From contig BLSG01000157.1 in assembly GCA_012862495.1 (NCBI GenBank), forward strand, positions 86,948 through 106,947: a DNA stretch of 20,000 bases, written 5' to 3'. The notes beneath the pieces were generated by a model, which searched no databases, had not been told where the DNA came from, and worked only from the letters and a program-made list of their open reading frames with translations. Made by a program: the position numbers and the translations under genes. Position 1 is the stretch's first letter; each line of letters starts with the position of its first letter. The stretch is from Thraustochytrium aureum (lineage: Eukaryota). Below are positions 19,053 through 20,000 of the stretch, piece by piece.

Positions 19053-19735
19053 GCGTGCGTCCCACTCCCCGTGGTACACCCCGAACCGAATTGCGGTCTT
19101 GGCGGCGAGACTCCGCTGATGGTCGGCATTCTCGCAGCAATTCGCGCCGCCTTCGCTGCTTGCCCGAGTTGCCCCGCGGGTTTAGCCGAGTGTCGCCCGC
19201 CGTCGTCGATGCATCGCGCGGCCTGGGCCGAAACCCTCACGGAGCAGCAACGCCGCCGAAGGAGTGCGGCGAATCGCCGGCGACGAAGGAGTGAAGTAGG
19301 TAGAGGAGTTCGTGAGTAAGTGCTCACTGTCCATCCGCCGTTCGCGATGGTCTGCATGGCCGAGCCATCGCCAATGGATGGGTGGATGCGTGCCGTGGCC
19401 GAGGCGCTCGACGACGGCGATGGTGAGGAGCTGCGAGCAGGCCTGTTCGGTCACCTGCAGATCGCGTGACACGTCACACGACTCGCGCGTCCCTGTGCGA
19501 CGTGCGCCCTAACCGCTCACGAGCGCGCGACCTAACCGCTTCGCCGCGTTCGCCGGAACGCGCGCACCACCCTGAGTTGGGCAAGTCGCGAGCGAGGTGC
19601 GTGCGGGCAGACCAGCAACAGGACGGCGCAGGGCTTGGCGCGCTCGTCGGGGCTCCCGCGCGACCCTTCTCGCGCGTTCGTAGCGTGCCGCAAGCCACTT
19701 CTCTCGCGCTTCTGAAGCGGCCACCGCTCGCGGAT

Positions 19736-20000
19736 ATGTCGGATGGCGCGGAGTGGGATGGGGATGGACGACCTCCCGGTGGTGATGCCAGCAGCGAGGA
19801 AGACCTCGATGCGGCTTTCAGGGAGATAGAAGCCACGACGCTGATGCAGGAGGCCAGGGGGCGGAGCAGAGCAGCGAGGAGGCAGTGGAGGGCGATCGCG
19901 CCTCGCCTGGCGGGGCGCAAGCGGTGCAGTTGGATGCATTCGGCAACGGCCGCTCGGGGTGGAGTCGTTCGACGGCATCGAGAACGAACTGGAAGCGGCT
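19736..20000 (+). CDS. Probable 5' end of a gene with an acidic low-complexity N-terminus, running off the window
   Basis: ATG 19736 gives MSDGAEWDGDGRPPGGDASSEEDLDAAFREIEATTLMQEA..., open to the window edge. Protein-like acidic sequence continues in other frames (AEQSSEEAVEGD; VESFDGIENELEAA), which suggests further indels. Confidence 0.45.
   Translation, partial: MSDGAEWDGDGRPPGGDASSEEDLDAAFREIEATTLMQEARGRSRAARRQWRAIAPRLAGRKRCSWMHSATAARGGVVRRHRERTGSG

Overview
GC-rich, gene-dense, intron-poor eukaryotic DNA from a flagellated protist. A stramenopile such as a labyrinthulomycete is my inference and cannot be proven from this window. The assembly is draft quality, with three N gaps and many single-base indels, mostly in homopolymers, that split real genes across ORFs. 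After repairing frames by eye the genes are: a P4-ATPase lipid flippase (+, 184-4060); a small coiled-coil orphan (-, 4205-4640); a multidomain protein with PDZ-like, RGS-like and uDENN-like segments (+, 5576 into a gap); dynein assembly factor DNAAF5/HEATR2 (-, 8816 to about 11800); a two-exon gene with a canonical 75-nt intron whose product resembles kinetochore protein CENP-Q (-, 12335-13108); the kinesin-II accessory subunit KAP3/KIFAP3 (+, 14085-16783); an AGC Ser/Thr kinase (-, 16982-18704); and a probable gene start at 19736 running off the edge. I saw no RNA genes, CRISPR arrays or mobile elements. The best leads are the CENP-Q-like gene, which the ORF track splits, and the PDZ-RGS-DENN-like architecture.
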